DNA of 64,000 nucleotides, taken from contig JAFXQO010000073.1 in the NCBI GenBank assembly GCA_017527065.1, positions 1,693-65,692 on the forward strand, in the 5' to 3' direction. Each line of letters begins with the position of its first letter. Position 1 is the first letter of the stretch. The stretch comes from Clostridia bacterium. GTDB lineage: Bacteria > Bacillota > Clostridia > Christensenellales > Aristaeellaceae. The notes beneath the pieces were generated by a model. That model was not told the DNA's origin. It searched no databases and worked only from the letters and a program-made list of their open reading frames with translations. The position numbers and the translations under genes are program-made. Positions 44,674 to 53,739 of the stretch are shown here, piece after piece.

Positions 44674-45699
44674 TCAGCCCCCGAAGACCTTCGAGCGCTG
44701 AACGCGATAGCTGAGGAAATACAGAAGCCCGTCCACGAGGATCTTGGCCAGTATCGCGGGCACGCGGAGCTTTTCCAGCGCCAGGTGGCCCAGGCAGCTG
44801 CAGCCGAGGACGCACAGGGCCAGCGCCGCGTAGCGTGCGAAGGACTGGTTCGTGGGCTTTTTGCCGAATACCATGCGGCTGTTGAGCAGGTAGTTCACCG
44901 TGGCGCTGATCACGCGCGCGCCGATCTGGGCCCCGATGCGGCTCCAGCCCAGCGTGTAATGGGCCAGGGAGAAGAGCAGCACGTCCAGAAGCGCCGAAAT
45001 CAGCGAGGACAGCACGAATTTGCCCGCCTGGCGGAACATGAGAGCGTAGATCTTCAGGCCGTCCTTCAGGGCGTTGAAGTGGGAGGAGGCGTTGTTGTCG
45101 AGGTAGATGGTCTCGATTTCGATCTCCTTCACCGGGATGTTCTGTTCGCTGGCGCAGATGAGCATATTGATTTCGTATTCGTAGCGGTCGCCCTCCAGCG
45201 TGGCGAAGCGATCCAGCGCCGGAGCGGGCAGGCCCCGAAGGCCCGTCTGGGTGTCGCCCAGCCACAGGCCGGTCAGCAGGCCGAACACGCCGCAGGTGAG
45301 GGTGTTTCCGGCCTTGGAGCGGGGCGGCATGGCCTTCTTGTCCCGGGAGCCGAGGATGAGGGCGTCCGGCTGGGCGAGGAGCGCGTCCGCGATCTTCGCA
45401 ATGTCCGCCGGGGTGTGCTGGCCGTCGGCGTCGGCCGTGACGGCGCTGACGCCGGGCGTCTTTTTGATTTCCGCGAGGCCGGTTTTGAGGGCCGCGCCCT
45501 TGCCGCGGTTCACGGGATGGGTGAGCACGGTGGCCTTGCCCGCCAGGTCGGCGAATATGGGGGCGTAGGCCTCGCCGCCGCCGTCGTCCACGACGACGAT
45601 GCGCTTGAAGTCCGCCGCGAGCAGGTCGTCCACCAGCTGGTTCAGCCGGCGGTCCGGCTTGTAGGCCGGGATCAGCACGGCGATGTTGTCGTATTTCAT
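44674..45699 (-). CDS. family-2 glycosyltransferase fused to a GtrA-like membrane domain
   Basis: VLIPAYKP...VVVDDG...NRGKGAAL GT2 motifs. The C-terminal ~120 aa has four TM helices of GtrA type. Confidence 0.8.
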   Translation of the reverse strand: MKYDNIAVLIPAYKPDRRLNQLVDDLLAADFKRIVVVDDGGGEAYAPIFADLAGKATVLTHPVNRGKGAALKTGLAEIKKTPGVSAVTADADGQHTPADIAKIADALLAQPDALILGSRDKKAMPPRSKAGNTLTCGVFGLLTGLWLGDTQTGLRGLPAPALDRFATLEGDRYEYEINMLICASEQNIPVKEIEIETIYLDNNASSHFNALKDGLKIYALMFRQAGKFVLSSLISALLDVLLFSLAHYTLGWSRIGAQIGARVISATVNYLLNSRMVFGKKPTNQSFARYAALALCVLGCSCLGHLALEKLRVPAILAKILVDGLLYFLSYRVQRSKVFGG

Positions 45700-46100
45700 A
45701 ATGATCTCCTTACGGTTTCCTTTTGTCCCGGCCGCGTTGGCCGGGCCGCGCGGGCCTGGGGCGGGCGGGCGGCGGCCGGGGCGGCCGGTTGGGGCGCGCG
45801 CCGCTTCTCCTGCGCCTCGCGCAGGCGGCGGCGGTATTCGGCGCGTTCGGCCCGCCGCTGCAGCGCGATCAGCTGGACGGCGAAATAGATGGTCAGCAGC
45901 GACAGCGCAAAGGTCAGGCGCTTGTGGAACTCGTTGGTCATGAAGCCCATGGGCTTGTTGACGCGGTCGATGGCGAAGAACACGATCAGCATGCCCGCCA
46001 TGAGGATGGCCGCGTGGGGCAGGAGTTTTTTGACGAGGCGGAGCCAGTCGGCCGGCCGGGCGCGCCGGATCCGGTCCAGCGTTTTTTTGACGATCTTCAT
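45696..46100 (-). CDS. hypothetical membrane protein with basic A/P/R-rich tail
   Basis: 134 aa with two TM helices. Its stop overlaps the GT2 start by 4 nt. Confidence 0.55.
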   Translation of the reverse strand: MKIVKKTLDRIRRARPADWLRLVKKLLPHAAILMAGMLIVFFAIDRVNKPMGFMTNEFHKRLTFALSLLTIYFAVQLIALQRRAERAEYRRRLREAQEKRRAPQPAAPAAARPPQARAARPTRPGQKETVRRSL

Positions 46101-46113
46101 GCGCTTGCCTCCC

Positions 46114-47160
46114 TCAGCCGGCCATGTCGGCGACGCAGATGAGGTCGCTGGTGGAGCGGCCGTTCTTGTAGGGGTCGTTGACCAGGGCGCCGAGGAAGGT
46201 CATCTGGCTGGTCTGGCCGCCGTCCAGGTTGTAGGCCACGGCGCAGCCCAGCTCCTTGCAGAGGTTGGCGCACTCGGCGAAGGTCATGCCGGCGGAGTAG
46301 CTGTTGCGCCGGCCGTCGATCACCACGAACACGTAGTGGCCCGGCTCCACCATGCCGATGAGGGTGCGCGGCTCGTGGTTGCGGGGATTGACGCCTTCGT
46401 AGCTGGGATAGACCTCGCCGTTTTCGTCCAGCAGGCTGGGGCCGAAGCTGAAGGCCTGCCACGCGCCTTCGGCCATGGCCCGGTCGAGGTCCAGGTCGGC
46501 CTCGCCCTCATAGACCTTCATGTTGCCGTCCCGGAAGATGATCAGCACCGGCTCGTCGATCTCGAAGGCGCGGCGGTAGAGCTGGCCGTTGCGGATGACG
46601 ACGCCCGCGTTGCCCGCGCCGTAGTAGTCGGAATTGATGGCCGCCACGGCGTTTGTGCGCGCGGACATGCTCACCACGTCCTCCGAGATGGATTTGCCGA
46701 AGGTGTCTTTGGCGAAGACCGTGCGCAGGCACTCGATGTTGCGCACGTAGATATCCTCCACGAAGTAGACCTCGTTGCGGTTGTTGACGGTGGTTTCATA
46801 GCGCGTCAGGGTGACGTTCAGGTTGGGGCTCTGGTAGCTGGTGTCGGTCCGGATGACTTCGTCCACGGTGAATTTGTCCGCGAACCGCGCGCTGAAATCC
46901 CCCGCGGCCGCCTGGGCCGGCGCGTCCGTCGGGGCGGGCGTCGCCTCGCCGGGCTCCGGAACGTTTGGCATGGCGGTGGGCGCGGCCGTGGCGGCGGGCG
47001 CGGAATAGGCCGCCTTCTGGGCGGGCCGGGGAATGACGTGGTCGAACAGGGCGAACAGGAGCAGGCACGCGCCGATCAGCAGGATGTCGATCGCCGCGAT
47101 GAGCGCGGGATGGAGCTGCTTCGGCGGCCTGGGGCGGGGCGGCGTATGTTTATTCTGCAT
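46114..47160 (-). CDS. phosphodiester glycosidase family protein (DUF2233/NAGPA-like)
   Basis: N-terminal TM anchor and C-terminal ...AYNLDGGQTSQM... typical of this family. Confidence 0.7.
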   Translation of the reverse strand: MQNKHTPPRPRPPKQLHPALIAAIDILLIGACLLLFALFDHVIPRPAQKAAYSAPAATAAPTAMPNVPEPGEATPAPTDAPAQAAAGDFSARFADKFTVDEVIRTDTSYQSPNLNVTLTRYETTVNNRNEVYFVEDIYVRNIECLRTVFAKDTFGKSISEDVVSMSARTNAVAAINSDYYGAGNAGVVIRNGQLYRRAFEIDEPVLIIFRDGNMKVYEGEADLDLDRAMAEGAWQAFSFGPSLLDENGEVYPSYEGVNPRNHEPRTLIGMVEPGHYVFVVIDGRRNSYSAGMTFAECANLCKELGCAVAYNLDGGQTSQMTFLGALVNDPYKNGRSTSDLICVADMAG

Positions 47161-47417
47161 GGCACAGACGAACCTCTTCTTTGGGAGCGTACTGACCCGC
47201 GGGGCGGGCGGGAAACGTGTTCGCGCCGACAGGCGGCCCTTCTATTTTAGCATACGCCCTGCGCCTTCGCAAGCCCGAGTTGGACGGGCCTTCTGTTTTT
47301 TATGAGAAAATATGGATAAAGGGGGGAACAACGCGGCCGGGCCGCGCGTCAAAAGGTTAAATCTATGTTGGGAAAAGGTTGACTGAAGGGACTTGTGCGG
47401 AAAGGGGTTTGTTTCCA

Positions 47418-48431
47418 ATGAGGAAAACGGCGAGGGTGCTCATTTCGGTTCTCCTGTGCGCGATGCTTTGCGCGGGCGCGGCGCAGGCCTCCTCCTACGC
47501 GTACGACAGCGGCTACGGCGAAACCAGCGTCTACTACTGCTCCACCGGCCAGCTGACGAACATCTACCTGGCGGCGGACGCCATCAACGGCATAACGCTC
47601 GGCGGCGGCCAGCGCTTCTCCTTCAACGACACGGTGGGCCCCCGCAGCGCCGAGAAGGGCTATGTGCGGGCGGTCAACGGGCGCGGCGCGAAGGTGCGCG
47701 GCGGCGGCGTCTCCCAGGTGGCTACCACGCTTCTGCTTGCCGTGGAGGATTTCGGCTGGATGAACGTGGAGGACTACATGGCCTACGGCGATAAATTCAC
47801 CGGCGGCTACGTCTACGACACCTCGAAGGCCGTGGTCACGGACTATGAGCACGGCCACGACCTCGCCTTCACCAACTGTTACCCCGGCCAGGTCGTCATC
47901 TACGCCTGGGTGTCGGACGACGCGCTGCACGTCACCGTTTCGCCCAGCAGCAGCAGCGGCAGCAGCGGATACAGCTACAGCGGCGTTCTGGCCAACGGCG
48001 TCACGCCCATGCCCGGCGAATACGGCCAGCGGCAGAACGTGAACCTGGCCGCGTCGCTGATCAACGGCTGCCAGCTGCGCTACGGCGACCGCTTCTCCTT
48101 CAACGGCATCGTGGGCCCGCGCACCAAGGCCGCCGGCTTCGTCGACGCGACCAACGGCCGCGGCGTGAAGGTGACGGGCGGCGGCGTGGCGCAGGTGGCC
48201 TCCACGGTCTACCTGGCGGTCAAGCAGCTGGACAGCATCACCGTCGATCCCGTCAAGACCTACGGCGACCGCTTCACCGGCGGCTACGTGGCCGACAGCG
48301 CCGACGCCATCGTGACCGATTACAACGCCGGCACCGACTTCTCCTTTACCTATTACGGCGTGCGGACGCTGCTCATTTCCCTTTACGAGCAGAACGGCAT
48401 GCTGTGGTGCACGCTCACCGAGATCAATTGA
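47418..48431 (+). CDS. secreted protein with two VanW-like domains
   Basis: Signal peptide MRKTARVLISVLLCAMLCAGAAQA. The motif FSFN..VGPRS/T...GY/F..A.NGRG.KV.GGGV.QVA.T is present twice. Confidence 0.7.
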   Translation: MRKTARVLISVLLCAMLCAGAAQASSYAYDSGYGETSVYYCSTGQLTNIYLAADAINGITLGGGQRFSFNDTVGPRSAEKGYVRAVNGRGAKVRGGGVSQVATTLLLAVEDFGWMNVEDYMAYGDKFTGGYVYDTSKAVVTDYEHGHDLAFTNCYPGQVVIYAWVSDDALHVTVSPSSSSGSSGYSYSGVLANGVTPMPGEYGQRQNVNLAASLINGCQLRYGDRFSFNGIVGPRTKAAGFVDATNGRGVKVTGGGVAQVASTVYLAVKQLDSITVDPVKTYGDRFTGGYVADSADAIVTDYNAGTDFSFTYYGVRTLLISLYEQNGMLWCTLTEIN

Positions 48432-49215
48432 TCCCAGCGCCGGACAGCGCGGCGGCGGCGGCGGCGCTCTCGTTCAGCCGGTCGTTCAGCGCCGAGAGGA
48501 ACTGCTTGTTGCCCGGCGGGGACGGACAATGGGGCAGCGGCCGCAGGGCCGGCTCCATGCGCCGCCAGATCTGGCAGACGGCGTAGCGCATGCTGCGCTC
48601 CACGTTGGCCGGCGCGTCGCCGAAGCGCAGGGCGAGGGCGGGATAGAGCCGCCCGTCCATGTTGTCCAGAAGGCGCGGGTCGTCCGACGCCATTTCCAGC
48701 GCCTCCCGCAGGTACCGCCCGCCCTTGAGATGGGGCGAGACGCCGGCGAGAAAGAGCAGCCGCTGCAGGTCCTCCCGCCGCCTGGCGCGCCGCGCGGCCC
48801 GAACCTCCGGCGGCGCGGCGCTCTCCAGCAGGGCGGCCAGCGCGTCGCAGATCGCGCCCACCGGCGTGCCCCTCAGGCCGCAGCCGTCCGCGATGCGGGC
48901 GGCGCAGGGCGGCAGCGCCTCCCGGCTGGGCGCGTCCGAACAGGCGTAGATGCGGGGCCGCGAGGGATCGCCGCTCAGGCACTCGAGAATGCGCTCGGCG
49001 TTGGCAAAGGCCAGGTCCACCAGGATCACGCCGGCCGGCAGGAAGCACTGGCGCTGGATCAGCAGCGCGCCGCTCTGCACCGCCTCGATCTCCGCCGCCA
49101 CCCGCCTTCGCCGGAGCTCCTCCGTCAGGTTGAGCAGCAGCTGGCCGTTCCTGTGCGCCAGAAGGATTCTCGGTTTATCCATGTGGTTCATCCCCGTTCG
49201 TCTTGTTGCCCTCAT
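48424..49215 (-). CDS. Spo0A_C-domain DNA-binding protein with degenerate receiver domain
   Basis: The C-terminal segment GVSPHLKGGRYLREALEM...LYPALALRFGDAPANVERSMRYAV parallels the Spo0A effector domain. The N-terminal receiver-like part lacks the acidic pair (ILLAHRNG). The start is uncertain (49215, 49191 or 49182). Confidence 0.6.
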   Translation of the reverse strand: MRATRRTGMNHMDKPRILLAHRNGQLLLNLTEELRRRRVAAEIEAVQSGALLIQRQCFLPAGVILVDLAFANAERILECLSGDPSRPRIYACSDAPSREALPPCAARIADGCGLRGTPVGAICDALAALLESAAPPEVRAARRARRREDLQRLLFLAGVSPHLKGGRYLREALEMASDDPRLLDNMDGRLYPALALRFGDAPANVERSMRYAVCQIWRRMEPALRPLPHCPSPPGNKQFLSALNDRLNESAAAAAALSGAGIN

Positions 49216-49268
49216 TATACTACAATTCTGTGACGTGTTGTAATATTTCAGAAATATATACAGAATCA

Positions 49269-49320
49269 GGGCCGTTATTCAAATACTCCTGCATATTATG
49301 CAGGAAACGGCCCTCGGTTT
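49269..49320. terminator. orphan long hairpin with T-run (terminator-like)
   Basis: GGGCCGTT...AACGGCCC encloses the perfect palindrome CCTGCATATTATGCAGG and is followed by TCGGTTTTT. Confidence 0.4.
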
Positions 49321-49402
49321 TTCTCTGGGAAAAGTATATGCGCCTTTCCTTCATGGCGCCATGGCGAAAAGACGGGGAATCGCCGGAATTTAACATAAAC
49401 AG

Positions 49403-49433
49403 GCATCGCCGCGAGGCTGGCTCGCGGCGATGC
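49403..49433 (-). terminator. terminator downstream of carB
   Basis: 13-bp stem GCATCGCCGCGAG / CTCGCGGCGATGC, 24 nt after the carB stop. U-rich stretches lie on both sides. Confidence 0.6.
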
Positions 49434-49456
49434 TTTTGCGCGGGGGAATCCGGCGT

Positions 49457-52400
49457 TCAGCGGCGCATGTGGTTGATATCCACCAGTTCCGTGTTTTGCA
49501 GGGAGAAGCGGGAGCCGAGGATGTCCATCAGGGCGTTGGCGGTGTCCAGGGAGGTCATGCAGGGAATGCCAAGGACCATGGCCCTGCGGTGAAGCACCGT
49601 GTAGTCGCCGACGGTGTCGTCCTTCACGGCGCCGGTGTAGATGATATAGTTCACGTCGCCGTTTTCCATCAGCCCGACGATCTCGTCGCTGATCTTCGGA
49701 TCGGCCACCGGCGTCACGCGGATGCCGACCTTCGATATGGCCCGGGCGGTGTCCTTGGTGGCGTAGACGCTGATGCCCTGATCGTAGCACCGTTTGGCCA
49801 CCGTGACGGCGTCGGGGAAATCCTCGTCCTCCACGGAAAGCAGCACGCCGGTGCGGCCCTTTTCACGGGCTGTGGGCAGATGGAAGCCGGCGGCGGAAAG
49901 CCCCTTGAACAGCGCTTCCGCCTTTGTGATGCCGATGCCCAGCACCTCGCCGGTGGATTTCATCTCCGGGCCGAGGATGGAATCGGCGTCGTGCAGCTTC
50001 TCAAAGGAGAAGACGGGCACTTTGATGGCGCAGTAGGGCGGCGCGGGATAAAGGCCGGTGCCGAAGCCGAGATCCTTCAGAGGTTCGTCCAGCATGACCC
50101 GGGAGGCCAGATCCACCATGGGCACGCCGGTGACCTTTGAAATATACGGCACGGTCCGGGAAGCCCGCGGGTTGACCTCTATGACGTAGAGCTCGTTGTC
50201 GAAGATCAGGTACTGGATGTTGACCAGGCCCTTTGTGCCCAGGGCGAGGGCCAGCTTGGTGGAGATGTCGCAGATCTTGTCCTGGAATTTATCCGTCAGG
50301 TTGAAGGGCGGATAGACGGCGATGGAATCGCCGCTGTGGACGCCGGCGCGCTCAATGTGCTCCATGATGCCGGGGATCAGCACATCTTTGCCGTCGGAAA
50401 TGACGTCCACCTCCAGCTCGATGCCCGGCAGATACTGGTCCACGAGCACGGGATTCTCGATGCCGCCGGAGAGGATCCGGGTCATATAGTCGACAGTCTG
50501 CCCCCGGCTGCGGGAGATGGTCATGTTCTGGCCCCCGATGACGTAGGAGGGGCGCAGCAGGACGGGATAGCCCAGCTCCTCCGCGGCGGCGATGGCCTCG
50601 TCCATGGTGCGGACGCCCATGCCCCGGGGCCGGCGGATGCCGAACTGCTCCAGCAGCCGGTCAAAGCGCTGGCGGTCCTCGGCGATGTCGATGGATTCGG
50701 CGCTGGTGCCCAGTATGCGGATCCCCTGGCTGTCCAGGTATTTGGTCAGCTTGATGGCGGTCTGCCCGCCGAAGGCGACCACGACGCCCACCGGCTTTTC
50801 CACCTCGATGACGTTCATGACGTCTTCCGGCGTGAGGGGCTCAAAATACAGGCGGTCGGCGGTATCGTAGTCCGTGGAGACGGTCTCCGGATTGTTGTTG
50901 ACGATGACCACGTCGTATCCGATGCGGCGCAGGGTCCACACGCAGTGGACGGAGGAGTAGTCGAACTCGATGCCCTGCCCGATGCGGATGGGGCCGGAAC
51001 CGAGCACCACGACCACCGGCCGGCCGGAGCGCTTCAGGCTCCGGGACTCGCAGGCCTTGTCCGTGCAGGAATAGAAGTAGGGCGTTTCCGCGGCGAACTC
51101 CGCCCCGCAGGTATCCACCATCTTATAGCTCAGTTTCCAGCCGGGGACCTCTTTGGCCCCGGTGATGCGCTTGATGGCGGCGTCCGGGTAGCCCATGCGC
51201 TTGAAAAGCGCGTAATCGCCGGGCAGCAGGCCCGTCTTTCCGGCCCGCAGCTCCAGCTCCGCCATGGCGCGGAGGCGGAAGATGAAGAAACGGTCGATCT
51301 TTGTGATGTCAAATATTTCGTCCACGGAGAGGCCCTGCTTCAGCGCCTCGAAGACCGTGAAGAGCCGGCGGTCGTCCTGCTGGGCCAGGCGCTCGCGGAT
51401 CGGCAGGTCGGACAGGGAGGGTGCGTTCAGCGTATCCAGGGAGATCTCCGCCCCGCGGACCGCTTTCATCAGGGCTTCCTCAAAGCGCTGGCCGATGGCC
51501 ATCACCTCGCCGGTGGCCTTCATCTGGGTGCCGAGGCGGCGGGAGGAGCCGTGGAATTTGTCAAAGGGCCATTTGGGGAATTTGACCACGACGTAGTCCA
51601 CCGTCGGCTCGAAGCAGGCGCAGGTCTTCCCGGTGATGTCGTTGGCGATCTCATCCAGGGCGTAGCCCAGGGCCAGCCTTGTGGTGATCTTGGCGATGGG
51701 ATAGCCGGTGGCCTTGCTGGCCAGGGCCGAGGAGCGGCTGACCCGGGGGTTGACCTCGATGACCGCGTATTCAAACGAATCCGGGTTGAGGGCGAACTGG
51801 CAGTTGCAGCCCCCCACGATGCCGATGGCGCTGATGATGTCCAGCGAAGCGGTGCGGAGCATCTGGTATTCCTTGTCGGACAGCGTCAGCGCCGGCGCGA
51901 CGACGACGCTGTCGCCGGTGTGGATGCCCACCGGGTCGACGTTTTCCATGGAGCAGACCGCGATGACGTTTCCCTGGGCGTCGCGCATGGTCTCAAACTC
52001 TATCTCTTTCCAGCCGGATATACATTTTTCCACGAGGATCTGGGTGATCGGGGAGGCGTCCAGCCCGGCGCGGGCCATGACGCGCATCTCCTCCTCGTTT
52101 TCGGCGATGCCGCCGCCGCTGCCGCCCAGGGTGTAGGCGGGCCGTATGATGACGGGATAGCCGATTTTCCCGGCGGCTTTGAGCGCTTCCTCCAAAGTTT
52201 CCGCGATGCCGGAGGGCACGCAGGGCTGCCCCGCCTTCAGCATGGTTTCGCGGAATTTCTCCCGGTCTTCGGCCTTTTCGATGGCCTCGATCTGCGAGCC
52301 GAGGAGGCGGACGCCGAATTCCTCCAGCGTGCCGTCCCGGCTCAGCTGCATGGCGATGGTCAGGCCGGTCTGGCCGCCCAGGCCTGCCAGCAGGCCGTCC

Positions 52401-52648
52401 GGGCGCTCTTTCTCGATGATCCGCCGCACGGTGGCGGCGTTCAGGGGCTCCAGATAGATTTCATCCGCCAGGTGCTGATCCGTCATGATGGTGGCGGGAT
52501 TGGAATTGACCAGGACAACGTTGACGCCCTCCGCTTTCAGCACGCGGCAGGCCTGGGCCCCGGCATAGTCGAATTCGGCCGCCTGGCCGATGACGATGGG
52601 GCCGGAGCCGATGACGAGGACTTTTTTGATGGAAGGATCTTTAGGCAT
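49457..52648 (-). CDS. carB: carbamoyl-phosphate synthase large subunit
   Basis: 1063 aa. Duplicated ATP-grasp halves, MPKDPSIKKVLVIGSGPIVIGQAAEFDYAG N-terminus and an MGS-like C-terminus. Confidence 0.97.
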   Translation of the reverse strand: MPKDPSIKKVLVIGSGPIVIGQAAEFDYAGAQACRVLKAEGVNVVLVNSNPATIMTDQHLADEIYLEPLNAATVRRIIEKERPDGLLAGLGGQTGLTIAMQLSRDGTLEEFGVRLLGSQIEAIEKAEDREKFRETMLKAGQPCVPSGIAETLEEALKAAGKIGYPVIIRPAYTLGGSGGGIAENEEEMRVMARAGLDASPITQILVEKCISGWKEIEFETMRDAQGNVIAVCSMENVDPVGIHTGDSVVVAPALTLSDKEYQMLRTASLDIISAIGIVGGCNCQFALNPDSFEYAVIEVNPRVSRSSALASKATGYPIAKITTRLALGYALDEIANDITGKTCACFEPTVDYVVVKFPKWPFDKFHGSSRRLGTQMKATGEVMAIGQRFEEALMKAVRGAEISLDTLNAPSLSDLPIRERLAQQDDRRLFTVFEALKQGLSVDEIFDITKIDRFFIFRLRAMAELELRAGKTGLLPGDYALFKRMGYPDAAIKRITGAKEVPGWKLSYKMVDTCGAEFAAETPYFYSCTDKACESRSLKRSGRPVVVVLGSGPIRIGQGIEFDYSSVHCVWTLRRIGYDVVIVNNNPETVSTDYDTADRLYFEPLTPEDVMNVIEVEKPVGVVVAFGGQTAIKLTKYLDSQGIRILGTSAESIDIAEDRQRFDRLLEQFGIRRPRGMGVRTMDEAIAAAEELGYPVLLRPSYVIGGQNMTISRSRGQTVDYMTRILSGGIENPVLVDQYLPGIELEVDVISDGKDVLIPGIMEHIERAGVHSGDSIAVYPPFNLTDKFQDKICDISTKLALALGTKGLVNIQYLIFDNELYVIEVNPRASRTVPYISKVTGVPMVDLASRVMLDEPLKDLGFGTGLYPAPPYCAIKVPVFSFEKLHDADSILGPEMKSTGEVLGIGITKAEALFKGLSAAGFHLPTAREKGRTGVLLSVEDEDFPDAVTVAKRCYDQGISVYATKDTARAISKVGIRVTPVADPKISDEIVGLMENGDVNYIIYTGAVKDDTVGDYTVLHRRAMVLGIPCMTSLDTANALMDILGSRFSLQNTELVDINHMRR

Positions 52649-53702
52649 GCTTGTTTGTCATCCTTTCCACAAAGCGATCAAACAACAGGGCGGTGTCCCG
52701 GGGTCCGGAAGCGGCTTCCGGATGGAACTGCACGGTGAAGCAGTTCAGGTCCGGATAATCCATCCCCTCGCAGCTGCCGTCGTTGGCGTTGCGGTAGGAT
52801 TCCACGCCGACGCCCTTCAGCGAAGCGGCCACGACCGCGTAGCCGTGGTTCTGGGAGGTGATGTAGGTGCGCTCGGCCGCGAGGTCCCGCACCGGCTGAT
52901 TGCCGCCGCGGTGGCCGTATTTCAGCTTGACGGTGTCTCCGCCCAGGGCCAGGGCCGTCAGCTGATGGCCGAGACAGATGCCGAAGAGCGGTTTTTGCCC
53001 GATCAGCTTTTTCAGCTCCGCGATGCAGGCCGTATTCTCCTTGGGATCGCCCGGACCGTTGGAAAGCATGACGCCGTCCGGATCGGAGGCGAGGATGGTT
53101 TCCGCCGCGGTGCGGGCGGGCCAGACCGTGACCGAACAGCTGCGCTTCTGCAGGCTGCGTATGATGTTGTGCTTGGCGCCGTAGTCGATCATCGCCACCC
53201 GGCAGCGCTCCGGGCCTTCGGCCGGCCAGAATTCCTTCCTGTTTTCGGTCACGGAATCCACAGCGTCCTTTACGGTGAAGGCGCGGACCGCGCTCAGGTC
53301 CTGGGGAATTTCGTCGCAGATCATGGCGTTCATGACGCCTTCCTCGCGGGTGATGCGGACGATTTCCCGCGTGTCCACACCGCACAGGCCGGGGATCCCC
53401 CGGGCGACCAGATAATCGCCCAGCGGATAGGCGGAGCGGAAGTTGGAAGGCGTGTCGCACAGCTCGCGGACGATATAGCCGAAGAGCGCGCTGCTGCCCT
53501 CGAAATCCTCCTCGATGACGCCGTAGTTGCCGATGAGCGGGAAGGTCTGGGTGACGATCTGGCCGTAATAGCTGGGGTCGGTCAGGGTTTCCAGGTAGCC
53601 CTCCATGCCGGTGGTGAAGACCAGCTCGCCGATCCGGTCGATGGGCGCGCCGATGCGCTTTCCTTCAAAAACGGTCCCGTTGGACAGTACGAGGTATGAC
53701 AT
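52641..53702 (-). CDS. carA: carbamoyl-phosphate synthase small (glutaminase) subunit
   Basis: GICLGHQ catalytic Cys motif. I prefer the start MSYLVLSNG at 53702 (GGAGAG SD). It overlaps the carB start by 8 nt. Confidence 0.95.
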   Translation of the reverse strand: MSYLVLSNGTVFEGKRIGAPIDRIGELVFTTGMEGYLETLTDPSYYGQIVTQTFPLIGNYGVIEEDFEGSSALFGYIVRELCDTPSNFRSAYPLGDYLVARGIPGLCGVDTREIVRITREEGVMNAMICDEIPQDLSAVRAFTVKDAVDSVTENRKEFWPAEGPERCRVAMIDYGAKHNIIRSLQKRSCSVTVWPARTAAETILASDPDGVMLSNGPGDPKENTACIAELKKLIGQKPLFGICLGHQLTALALGGDTVKLKYGHRGGNQPVRDLAAERTYITSQNHGYAVVAASLKGVGVESYRNANDGSCEGMDYPDLNCFTVQFHPEAASGPRDTALLFDRFVERMTNKHA

Positions 53703-53739
53703 ACGGATCTCTCCAATAACCATTCATGATTGAGGATAG

